Shown piece after piece: positions 28,385-35,943 of a DNA stretch of 64,000 nt. The first letter of the stretch is position 1, and each line of letters opens with the position of its first letter. A program made the position numbers and the translations under genes. Source of the DNA: an uncultured Actinomycetota bacterium (lineage in GTDB: Bacteria > Actinomycetota > Actinomycetes > Actinomycetales > Dermatophilaceae); assembly GCA_963715025.1 (NCBI GenBank), contig CAVQQQ010000003.1, positions 406,984-470,983 of the forward strand, in the 5' to 3' direction. A model generated the notes under the pieces. That model was given only the letters and a program-made list of their open reading frames with translations, was not told the origin of the DNA and did no database searches.

Positions 28385-28725
28385 GCGCAGCGGCAGAGAG
28401 TCCTGGAGCCAGCCACAGTCGCCTCAAGCGCCCCGCGACCGTTGCGGCAGTGCACAGCGTGGAGCAGGAGGAGGGCGCCCCGCTGGTCTACCTCGCGCCC
28501 CTGCCCGGTGGGCCCATGGTGGTTCTGAGGGGCACTGCCTCCCTGATCTGGCAGGAAGCACTCGATGGGCCGGAGAGCACGCTGGTCGACAGGGTTGCTC
28601 AGCGCGTCGGCACCGGAGAAGAGGCAAAGAGCATCGAGGCGGACGTCGTGGCCTTCGTCGAAAGCCTCCTAGCCCGGGGACTGCTTGAGCGGGTCGCAGC
28701 GCCAGGAACTGAGGTCACCAACTAG
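28381..28725 (+). CDS. PqqD-family protein (stand-alone RiPP recognition element-like)
   Basis: ATG at 28381 overlaps the upstream stop (ATGA). LVYLAPLPGGPMVVLRGTASLIWQEALDGPESTLVDRVAQRVGTGEEAKSIEADVVAFVESLLARGLLERV. Confidence 0.7.
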   Translation: MSAAAESPGASHSRLKRPATVAAVHSVEQEEGAPLVYLAPLPGGPMVVLRGTASLIWQEALDGPESTLVDRVAQRVGTGEEAKSIEADVVAFVESLLARGLLERVAAPGTEVTN

Positions 28726-30146
28726 CCGCGGCGCGCACCCCCGCGACGGTCGCGCCGAGAGCTGCCCGTTGCGTGGGTGCCTGCAACCACCCGGTTCTGT
28801 TCCTCGTAGCGGTGGTAGCCGTAGCGGTACTTCTGTCCGTTCTTGGCCGAGGTCATATTGAGAGCGAAGCCGGACACCTTGACTCCGACGGTGTCGAGCG
28901 ACTTGATGGCGCTCGCCAGGTCACGCTTCTTGATGCGGTCGACCGCGACGATCATCAGCATCCCGCCAGTCAGCTTGTCGATGATGACCGCGTCGATGAC
29001 CGGCACCACCGGAGGACTGTCGATCAGGATGAAGTCGTAGTCATGCCTGAGCTTGACGAACAGCTCCTCCATCGGCTCCGAGCCGAGGAGCTCGCTGGGG
29101 TTGGGGGGCACCTGGCCGGCTGCCAGCACGTAGAGACTCGTGTCGCGCCAGCGTTGCACCACGTCATCGGACGTGGCACGGCCGAGCAGGATCGTGGTCA
29201 GGCCGACGCTGCCCTCCATGCCCATCGTCTTGGCCACGGACGGGTTGCGCAGGTCCGCGTCGATGAGCAGGACCTTCGAGCCTGCGTCGGCGACCGCAAT
29301 GGCCAGGTTGACCGCAGTCGTGGTCTTGCCTTCGCCGGGCATGGATGAGGTCACGACGAACGAGTGCCCCCCGGTGGTGACGTCGACGAACATCAGGTTC
29401 GTCCGCAGCCGCCGGATCGCCTCGGCGTGGGGCCCGTGGGGGTCACCCTCGAGCGTCATCAGGCGGCCGGTGGGGGATTTCTCCAAGGGCAGTCTGCCCA
29501 GCATCGGACTCTTCGACAGCGAGGTGACGTCCTTGTCATCTCGCACCTTGGTGTCGACCGTGTGGCGCACGAAGGCCAGCCCGACACCGGCGAGGAGGCC
29601 GAGCAACAATCCCAGCAGGAGGTTGGTCCTGGTGTTGGGCGACGTTGGAGTCGCCGCTGGCACGGCCGGTGAGATGGCCGTCGCCTTGACTTCCTGTCCG
29701 GCACTGGCCAGGAGTGTCGAGAACTCGCCCGCGACGCGGGCGAGCTGGGGGCCCACCGCATTCGCGATATCAGCAGCCAACTGCGGATCGGACGACTTGG
29801 CGGTGATGTCGAGGATCGAGGCGAGATCGGAGACCTCCGCCGACACGTTGATGGGCGTGCCTGGGGGGAGGCCCAGACCCTGCCGTAGGGGGTCGAGAAC
29901 GGCCGGTGAGCCGAGCACAGCGACGTAGGTGTTGAGGTCCTTGACCGTGATGATGTAGGTGCCGCTGTTGGAGTTCGGGTCGCTCGACGACTTGCCGACC
30001 GCCGCTAGATAGACTCTCGCTTGGGAGGTATAGATCGGCGTCGTGGTCAGCGTGACAGCGGCCGCAGCTCCCACAACGATGAGCGTGCTGACCACCACCG
30101 TCATCCACCGCGTGCGGAGGATGAGCAAGAAGTCACGGAACTGCAC
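28722..30146 (-). CDS. wzc: Polysaccharide co-polymerase / bacterial tyrosine autokinase (Wzc-like, fused PCP2 type)
   Basis: N-terminal Wzz-like domain with TM helices. Walker A SSMPGEGKTTTAVNLA, Walker A' LLIDADLR, Walker B ILIDSPP, and the C-terminal Tyr cluster KYRYGYHRYEE. GTG start at 30146. Confidence 0.9.
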   Translation of the reverse strand: MQFRDFLLILRTRWMTVVVSTLIVVGAAAAVTLTTTPIYTSQARVYLAAVGKSSSDPNSNSGTYIITVKDLNTYVAVLGSPAVLDPLRQGLGLPPGTPINVSAEVSDLASILDITAKSSDPQLAADIANAVGPQLARVAGEFSTLLASAGQEVKATAISPAVPAATPTSPNTRTNLLLGLLLGLLAGVGLAFVRHTVDTKVRDDKDVTSLSKSPMLGRLPLEKSPTGRLMTLEGDPHGPHAEAIRRLRTNLMFVDVTTGGHSFVVTSSMPGEGKTTTAVNLAIAVADAGSKVLLIDADLRNPSVAKTMGMEGSVGLTTILLGRATSDDVVQRWRDTSLYVLAAGQVPPNPSELLGSEPMEELFVKLRHDYDFILIDSPPVVPVIDAVIIDKLTGGMLMIVAVDRIKKRDLASAIKSLDTVGVKVSGFALNMTSAKNGQKYRYGYHRYEEQNRVVAGTHATGSSRRDRRGGARRG

Positions 30147-30271
30147 TCTGCGAACCCCTGCCGTGCTCTCGAAGTACTATTCGGTGCATCCTCCCACACC
30201 CCGCGGATGCACATGGGCACGCCGACAATGGACGGACACCCTGACGAGACGCCTGCCAGAAGGAGTGTACG

Positions 30272-32281
30272 GTGCGTGTTCTCCGCATCTCGCACAGCGC
30301 TGTGGTGGATGCCTGGCGCGAGCGGGAGCGCGCAGTGCGGCGCCGGGGCATCGACGTCACCTCCCTCAGCGCCCAGAAGTGGAACGAGGGGGGTGCCGAG
30401 ATCGCCCTGACACCGAGGCAAGGGGAGCCCGTGAGCGGGCTGCGCACGTGGGGGCGCCACCCCGCTCTCTTCGTCTACGACCCCCGGTCCCTATGGCACG
30501 CGCTCGGCTCGAGCTACGACGTCATCGACATCCATGAGGAGCCGTTCGCCCTGGCCACTGCCGAAATCCTCGCCATGCGGCGGCTTCGACAGCGCCGAAC
30601 CCCCTACGCGCTCTACTCCGCCCAGAACATCGACAAGCGTTACCCGCCTCCATTCCGGTGGCTCGAGCACTGGGCCCTGCGCCATGCCTCCTGCGTCAGC
30701 GTGTGCAATGCCAACGCCGCCGAGATCGTGCAGCGCAAGGGCTTTCCCGGTCGTGCGAGCGTGATCGGGCTCGGCTTGGACCGCGCACACTTCCAGCCGG
30801 ATCTGGACTCGCCTTCGTCCGCGACCACAGCTGCGGGGGCCGACTCACCGGCATACGCCGTGGTGGGGTATGCCGGCCGGCTGGAACCGCACAAGGGGGT
30901 CGACGTGCTCCTGGAGGCGGTGTCCGCGGACCCGCGGCTGCGACTCCGGATCGCCGGGGGCGGACCCGACGCCGGTCGCCTGCACGCGCTGGTGGCAGGC
31001 CTGCATATCGGTGACCGGGTCGAGTTCCTGGGGTCCGTGGCCCAGGCGGACCTGCCCGAGTTCTACCGGGAGCTCGATGTGCTGGCGGTCCCTTCGCTCA
31101 CCACGCGGGGATGGATCGAGCAGTTCGGCCGGGTGGCCGTGGAGGCCATGGCCTGCGGCACGCCGGTCGTGGCGAGTGACAGCGGTGCGCTTCCCGACGT
31201 GGTCGGCGGTGCGGGGCTGCTCGTCCCACCCGGCGATGCTGCGGCGCTTCGCAGCGCCCTGGTGAAGGCGGCTCTGGACCCAGCGTCCGCTGACGAGCTC
31301 CGGGCGCGTGGACTGGAGCGCGCCCGGGCCTACGACTGGGACGCCATCGGTGATGCGTATGCCGAGTTGTACCGGCGCGCAGCCAGGGAGACCGCACCTG
31401 CGGGCAACCGCGAAGTCGAGGTCGTCGTCGTCGCGTACGGCGCGGCGGAGATGCTGCGGCAGGCGCTCGAACCCTTGGCCGAACTCCCTGTGACCGTTGT
31501 CGACAACTCGTCCTCGCTGCAGGTCAGGCAGGTGTGCTCGGATCTGGGGGTTCGATACCTCGACCCCGGGTTCAACGGCGGGTTCGCTGCGGGGGTCAAC
31601 GCTGCCCTATGCCGGCGGCGGCGGCCAGGCGCCGACGTGCTCCTGCTCAACCCTGATGCCGTGATCACCCGCGAGGCCGTCACGACCCTGCAGGGCGCGC
31701 TAGCCGCCGACCCCTTGCTCGCGAGCGTCGGCCCGGCTCAGGTCGATGCCAGCGGGAGGCCTTCGCGTGTGGGGTGGCCCTTCCCGTCACCGTGGCGAGC
31801 CTGGCTGGAAGCGGTGGGGCTCGGTCGGCTTCGAAGCCGGACTGACTTCGCCATCGGATCGGTGCTGCTTCTGCGGGCCGAGGCGCTGGACCATGTGGGC
31901 ACCCTCGACGAGGGCTTCTTCCTCTACTCGGAGGAGACCGACTGGGCTTACCGCGCCGCCCGCCTGGGCTGGCGGCACGCAGTCGTGCCCGCCGCATCGG
32001 CAACCCATGTCGGCGCTGGCACTAGCCGCGATGCCGTTCGCAGGGAGATCCACTTCCACGCCTCCCAGGAGCGATACCTGCGCAAGCACTTTGGGGCTCT
32101 GGGCTGGCAGGCTGCAAGAGTCGGTCAGATTGGCGGCTCGGCCGCGCGAGCCCTCCTGCTGCGGGGGGCTCGCGCGCAGGGAGCGCGCCAGAGGCTAAGC
32201 CTGTATGCCCGGGGCCCCCTCAACATCGAGCAGTCTCTCCGCTCTGGGCCCACGTCCACCGACTCTGCGAGCGTTCTGTAA
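30272..32281 (+). CDS. Bifunctional glycosyltransferase (N-terminal GT4 fused to C-terminal GT2)
   Basis: GTG at 30272 with GAAGGAG upstream. GT4 part: GYAGRLEPHKGVDVLL, EQFGRVAVEAMACGTPVVAS. GT2 part: VEVVVVAYGAAEML, VVDNSSS, NGGFAAGVNAAL, LNPDAV, FFLYSEETDWAYRA. There is no in-frame stop between the two parts. Confidence 0.85.
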   Translation: MRVLRISHSAVVDAWRERERAVRRRGIDVTSLSAQKWNEGGAEIALTPRQGEPVSGLRTWGRHPALFVYDPRSLWHALGSSYDVIDIHEEPFALATAEILAMRRLRQRRTPYALYSAQNIDKRYPPPFRWLEHWALRHASCVSVCNANAAEIVQRKGFPGRASVIGLGLDRAHFQPDLDSPSSATTAAGADSPAYAVVGYAGRLEPHKGVDVLLEAVSADPRLRLRIAGGGPDAGRLHALVAGLHIGDRVEFLGSVAQADLPEFYRELDVLAVPSLTTRGWIEQFGRVAVEAMACGTPVVASDSGALPDVVGGAGLLVPPGDAAALRSALVKAALDPASADELRARGLERARAYDWDAIGDAYAELYRRAARETAPAGNREVEVVVVAYGAAEMLRQALEPLAELPVTVVDNSSSLQVRQVCSDLGVRYLDPGFNGGFAAGVNAALCRRRRPGADVLLLNPDAVITREAVTTLQGALAADPLLASVGPAQVDASGRPSRVGWPFPSPWRAWLEAVGLGRLRSRTDFAIGSVLLLRAEALDHVGTLDEGFFLYSEETDWAYRAARLGWRHAVVPAASATHVGAGTSRDAVRREIHFHASQERYLRKHFGALGWQAARVGQIGGSAARALLLRGARAQGARQRLSLYARGPLNIEQSLRSGPTSTDSASVL

Positions 32282-33612
32282 TGCCTGCGGCCATGCTGCA
32301 CCGCCTTGCCGGGGTCGCCTGGGTAGTGGGCGTGGCCGTCGCGGTCGGGCTCCTGCTCGGCACTGGGGGAATGGTGGAGAAGCGCCCCTTCCTCTCGATC
32401 GTCGTGGCCCTGGGGATCCTGGGCCTAGGGCTGACCATGGTCGAGGCCGCGACCATCCCGCTGCTGGTGATCCCCGCCCTTCTGGTCGTCGAGCGGGTTG
32501 CACTCGGCGGAATTGACGTGTCACTTTCCGACTTCGCCCTTTTCCTCGCCTTCTGGCCCGCCGTGTTCTTGGGCAAACGGCCCTACAGCCGTCCCATGCG
32601 CAACCTGCTGTGGCTGTCGCTGCTGTACCAGGCCATGACGATGTTCACCCTCGTGGCCAATCCCTACCGCGCCAACGCGATCGAGTGGTTCCACGCCTGG
32701 CTGCTCGTCGCCGGGGCGCTGATCGTCGGGTGGACCATCGGTAGGGACGGACACGCCCGGCTCGGCATGAACCTCCTCATGCTGGCCTCGATGGCGCTCG
32801 CGATCATCGCGATCGTCCCGGCGTTGCAGCACTACGCCAGAGGGAACTTCGATGCGATCTACCCGACCTGGCCATACCCGATGCACAAGAACTTCGTTGG
32901 CACCACCCTTGGCTTCTCCGCGGCGATCGCCTACACGCGGCCTGCCTTCGTCGGGTGGACCCGTCGCTGGTCGCTGATCGCGTTCTGGATCAGTGTTGCA
33001 GGCATCCTGGTCTGCCAGTCTCGCCAGGGCCTCGTCGGCCTTGGCGTCGTGCTGCTCATGGTCGTCTTGCGCAGCAACCCGCACACCAAGCGGTCCAAGG
33101 TCATCGTCCTGGCCGTCGCGCCGGCGCTTGCTCTGGTCGGCTTCTCCGTCAAGGACCAGATCCAGTCGGGCAACGAGTTCAACTCGGTGTTCCAACGCCT
33201 CACGTGGTTCCAGGACTCGCTCGATGTGTGGGCCCACAACCCAGTCTTCGGGGTGGGGCTGCGGTGGTGGTACACCGACCGCTTCGATGTGAAGTTCCAG
33301 CCGCCCAACGCGGAGATCGAAGTGCTCACAAGCGCCGGGATCGCAGGTCTTGCGGGTTTCCTGGTGCTGATGGTCGGCGCGATTGTGGTGCTCTGGAAGA
33401 TCGACCGGGTTTACGGAACGGTTGCAGTGGCCGTGCTACTGAGCCGTCTGGTGCAGGCCCAGCTCGACCTGTTCTGGGTTGCCGCACAGACCTCCATTCC
33501 ATTCGTCGTTGCGGGCATTAGTCTCGGTGCCTATGCGCTAGCACACGAGTCCGACGACCTGCGGGAACTCAAGCTCACCGCCGGCGACCCGCGAATGAGA
33601 GTGCCTGCATGA
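32281..33612 (+). CDS. wzy: O-antigen ligase/polymerase-like membrane protein (Wzy family)
   Basis: ATG overlaps the upstream TAA (TAATG). About 10-12 TM helices, with SVAGILVCQSRQGLVGLGVVLL resembling the Wzy_C/O-antigen ligase core. GC is visibly lower than in flanking genes. Confidence 0.7.
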   Translation: MPAAMLHRLAGVAWVVGVAVAVGLLLGTGGMVEKRPFLSIVVALGILGLGLTMVEAATIPLLVIPALLVVERVALGGIDVSLSDFALFLAFWPAVFLGKRPYSRPMRNLLWLSLLYQAMTMFTLVANPYRANAIEWFHAWLLVAGALIVGWTIGRDGHARLGMNLLMLASMALAIIAIVPALQHYARGNFDAIYPTWPYPMHKNFVGTTLGFSAAIAYTRPAFVGWTRRWSLIAFWISVAGILVCQSRQGLVGLGVVLLMVVLRSNPHTKRSKVIVLAVAPALALVGFSVKDQIQSGNEFNSVFQRLTWFQDSLDVWAHNPVFGVGLRWWYTDRFDVKFQPPNAEIEVLTSAGIAGLAGFLVLMVGAIVVLWKIDRVYGTVAVAVLLSRLVQAQLDLFWVAAQTSIPFVVAGISLGAYALAHESDDLRELKLTAGDPRMRVPA

Positions 33613-33736
33613 CGGAGTTGCACGCGGCTGCTGTCGCTGCGGATCGCGCCGTCAGCCCCGGGCTGGAGGAAGCGAGCTTCGGGCGACCCGCACCGGGTGT
33701 GCCAGACCGTCTGGAGTCTCGTTCCCCCTTTGTGCC

Positions 33737-34789
33737 GTGGCAGGAGACGCAGCCGTGACGAGACGCCTGATGCGGATTCTTCACGTCGTCTGCACCGACG
33801 CGTTCGCTGGTGTGGAGCGGCACGTCGCCCTTTTGGCAGCGGCGCAGCACGATGCCGGCCACGAGGTGCGCGTCATCGGTGGCAACGGGCAGCGCATGGC
33901 TGCCGAGATGAACCGCCCCGGCATCTCATCGCAACCCGCGCGGACCACGTGGCGCGGCCTGCAGGCCATCAATGCAGCTCCTCGCCATGACGTCATCAAC
34001 GTGCACATGACGTCTGCCGAGATCGCCGCCGCGCTTGCTGTGCGCGTGCGCTCGATCCCGATCGTCAGCACCCGCCACTTCGCAGCTCACCGAGGCTCCA
34101 CCGCGCTCCGACGCACCGTGGCGATGCTCGCGGCCAGAAGCGTCGCCGCCCAGATCGCCGTCAGCGACTACGTCGCTCACCACATCGATGGGCAGAGCAT
34201 CGTCGTGCACTCGGGGGTTCGGGGCGGTGACGGCCGTAGACCAGCCTCGGATCGGAATCCGGTCGTGCTGGTCGCCCAGCGCCTCGAGCGAGAGAAGCGC
34301 ACCGATGTGGCACTCCGCGCCTTTGCGCGCTCGGGACTCTCCGAGCTTGGCTGGCGCCTCGAGATCGCTGGCGAGGGGGCCGAACGCAGATCCTTGGAGC
34401 GGCTGTCCAAGCAGCTGGGACTTGCCGACAATGTTGCGTTCCTTGGCCACCGCAGCGACGTCGACGAGCTCATGGACACCGCCTCTATTCTCTTCGCGTC
34501 GCGGCCTGACGAAGCCTACGGGTTGTCGGTGCTCGAGGCGATGGCCACCGGTCTCCCGGTCGTCGCCACCGGAGCAGGGGGCCACGTCGAGACCGTCGGC
34601 TCGGTCGAGGGAGCTGCCCTCTTCGACCCTGGTGACGCCGCGGCTGCGGGACGGCTGCTGGCGGAACTCGCGGAGGACGCCGCCCGCCGCGATACCTACG
34701 GCAAGGCACTCCAGGAGACCCAGCGCACCAGGTTCACCCTGGAGGCTCAGGTCGAGGCCACTGACGCGGTCTATCGGAGTGTGATGTGA
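33737..34789 (+). CDS. Glycosyltransferase family 4
   Basis: MRILHVVCTDAFAGVERHVALLAAAQ... and SRPDEAYGLSVLEAMATGLPVVAT (EX7E). The start is uncertain: GTG at 33737, or ATG at 33770 (MRILHVV). Confidence 0.8.
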   Translation: MAGDAAVTRRLMRILHVVCTDAFAGVERHVALLAAAQHDAGHEVRVIGGNGQRMAAEMNRPGISSQPARTTWRGLQAINAAPRHDVINVHMTSAEIAAALAVRVRSIPIVSTRHFAAHRGSTALRRTVAMLAARSVAAQIAVSDYVAHHIDGQSIVVHSGVRGGDGRRPASDRNPVVLVAQRLEREKRTDVALRAFARSGLSELGWRLEIAGEGAERRSLERLSKQLGLADNVAFLGHRSDVDELMDTASILFASRPDEAYGLSVLEAMATGLPVVATGAGGHVETVGSVEGAALFDPGDAAAAGRLLAELAEDAARRDTYGKALQETQRTRFTLEAQVEATDAVYRSVM

Positions 34790-35943
34790 CCGACCTCGTC
34801 GTGCTCTCGCTGGAGGCCTGGGACGGCGTCTGGCGGCGCAACCAGCACCTCATCGCAGGTCTCCTGCGGGCCGACCCCCTGCTCCGTGTGCTGTTCGTCG
34901 AGCCGGCGGCCGACCCGCTCCACGCGGCCCTGCGCCGTCAGGTCCCGGCCACCGGCAAAGGCCTGCGGCGCGCCGACCGGCAGCCCGGCATACCACCTGA
35001 CGCGCTCTGGCTCTATCAGCCCACCAAGCTGCTGCCCCGCAGGCTGGACCACCGGGTCGACGAGAGGCTGGCCGAAGGCGTGGCCCGGCAGGTGGCACGG
35101 CTGGGGTTTGAGCGGCCCGTCCTGTGGGTCAACGACCCGGCTGGCGCCTCGGTCCTGGAGGCCACAGGCTGGCCTGCCCTGTATGACATCACCGACGACT
35201 GGCTCGAGGCCGACCGCACACCTGCGGAGCACGAGCGCCTGATCCGCGACGAGGGCGTGCTGATGCGCAGGTGTGGCGAGGTCGTCGTGTGCTCGCCTCA
35301 CCTGGCTGAGTCCAAGGGGTCCATTCGGCCGGTGACCCTCGTGCAGAACGGCGTCGACGTGGAGGCCTATCACGTGGCCCACCCGCGCCCGGCCGACCTG
35401 CCCGAGGGGCCGGTGGCGCTCTATGTGGGGACGCTGCACACGGATCGCATCGACCTCGACCTGTGCGTGGCGACCGCGGCGGGGGTGGCAGAGCGGGGGC
35501 GGCTGGTCATGGTGGGGCCAGTTGCCCTCGATACGGCCGACCGACAGCGGCTCGAACGGGCTGGCGCCATCCTCGCCGGTCCCCGGCACCGCGACGAGGT
35601 GCCTGCCTACCTGCAGCACGCGGACGTCCTGGTCGTGCCCCATGTGGTCACGCCCTTCACCGACAGCCTTGACCCGATCAAGGTGTATGAGTACCGCGCG
35701 GTGGGACGGCCGGTCGTCAGCACTCCGGTGGCCGGGTTCCGCGACCTGCGGAGCCCGCTGACGACCGTGGCCCAGGGCCCCGACTTCGTCTCCGCCGTCC
35801 GCATGGCACTGCCGGCCACGACGGCGTTCCCCGAGGGGGCCGATCCCAACGCCCCCACCTGGGCCCAGCGGGTGCGCGAGATGGCCAAGGTGCTCGACCG
35901 GCTGGCGCGTCCGGGAGCCGAACAGCCGGCGGACTCGCCATAA
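34786..35943 (+). CDS. Glycosyltransferase (GT-B fold, TuaH-like)
   Basis: GTG overlaps the upstream stop (GTGA). LVVLSLEAWDGVWRRNQHLIAGL, ALYVGTLHTDRIDLDL, DSLDPIKVYEYRAVGRPVVSTP. Confidence 0.65.
   Translation: MTDLVVLSLEAWDGVWRRNQHLIAGLLRADPLLRVLFVEPAADPLHAALRRQVPATGKGLRRADRQPGIPPDALWLYQPTKLLPRRLDHRVDERLAEGVARQVARLGFERPVLWVNDPAGASVLEATGWPALYDITDDWLEADRTPAEHERLIRDEGVLMRRCGEVVVCSPHLAESKGSIRPVTLVQNGVDVEAYHVAHPRPADLPEGPVALYVGTLHTDRIDLDLCVATAAGVAERGRLVMVGPVALDTADRQRLERAGAILAGPRHRDEVPAYLQHADVLVVPHVVTPFTDSLDPIKVYEYRAVGRPVVSTPVAGFRDLRSPLTTVAQGPDFVSAVRMALPATTAFPEGADPNAPTWAQRVREMAKVLDRLARPGAEQPADSP

Noticed and set aside
25736-28725. Calling the region a lasso-peptide (or other known RiPP) biosynthetic gene cluster.
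   Set aside because: No Asn-synthetase-like cyclase, transglutaminase-like leader protease, radical SAM, YcaO or LanM-type enzyme, or ABC exporter is present in the window. Only recognition and tailoring parts are.
33609-33758. A 49-codon ORF (MTELHAAAVAADRAVSPGLEEASFGRP...) between wzy and the next GT4.
   Set aside because: It is short, has no motif, and overlaps the likely start region of the GT4 gene. It is probably non-coding spacer.
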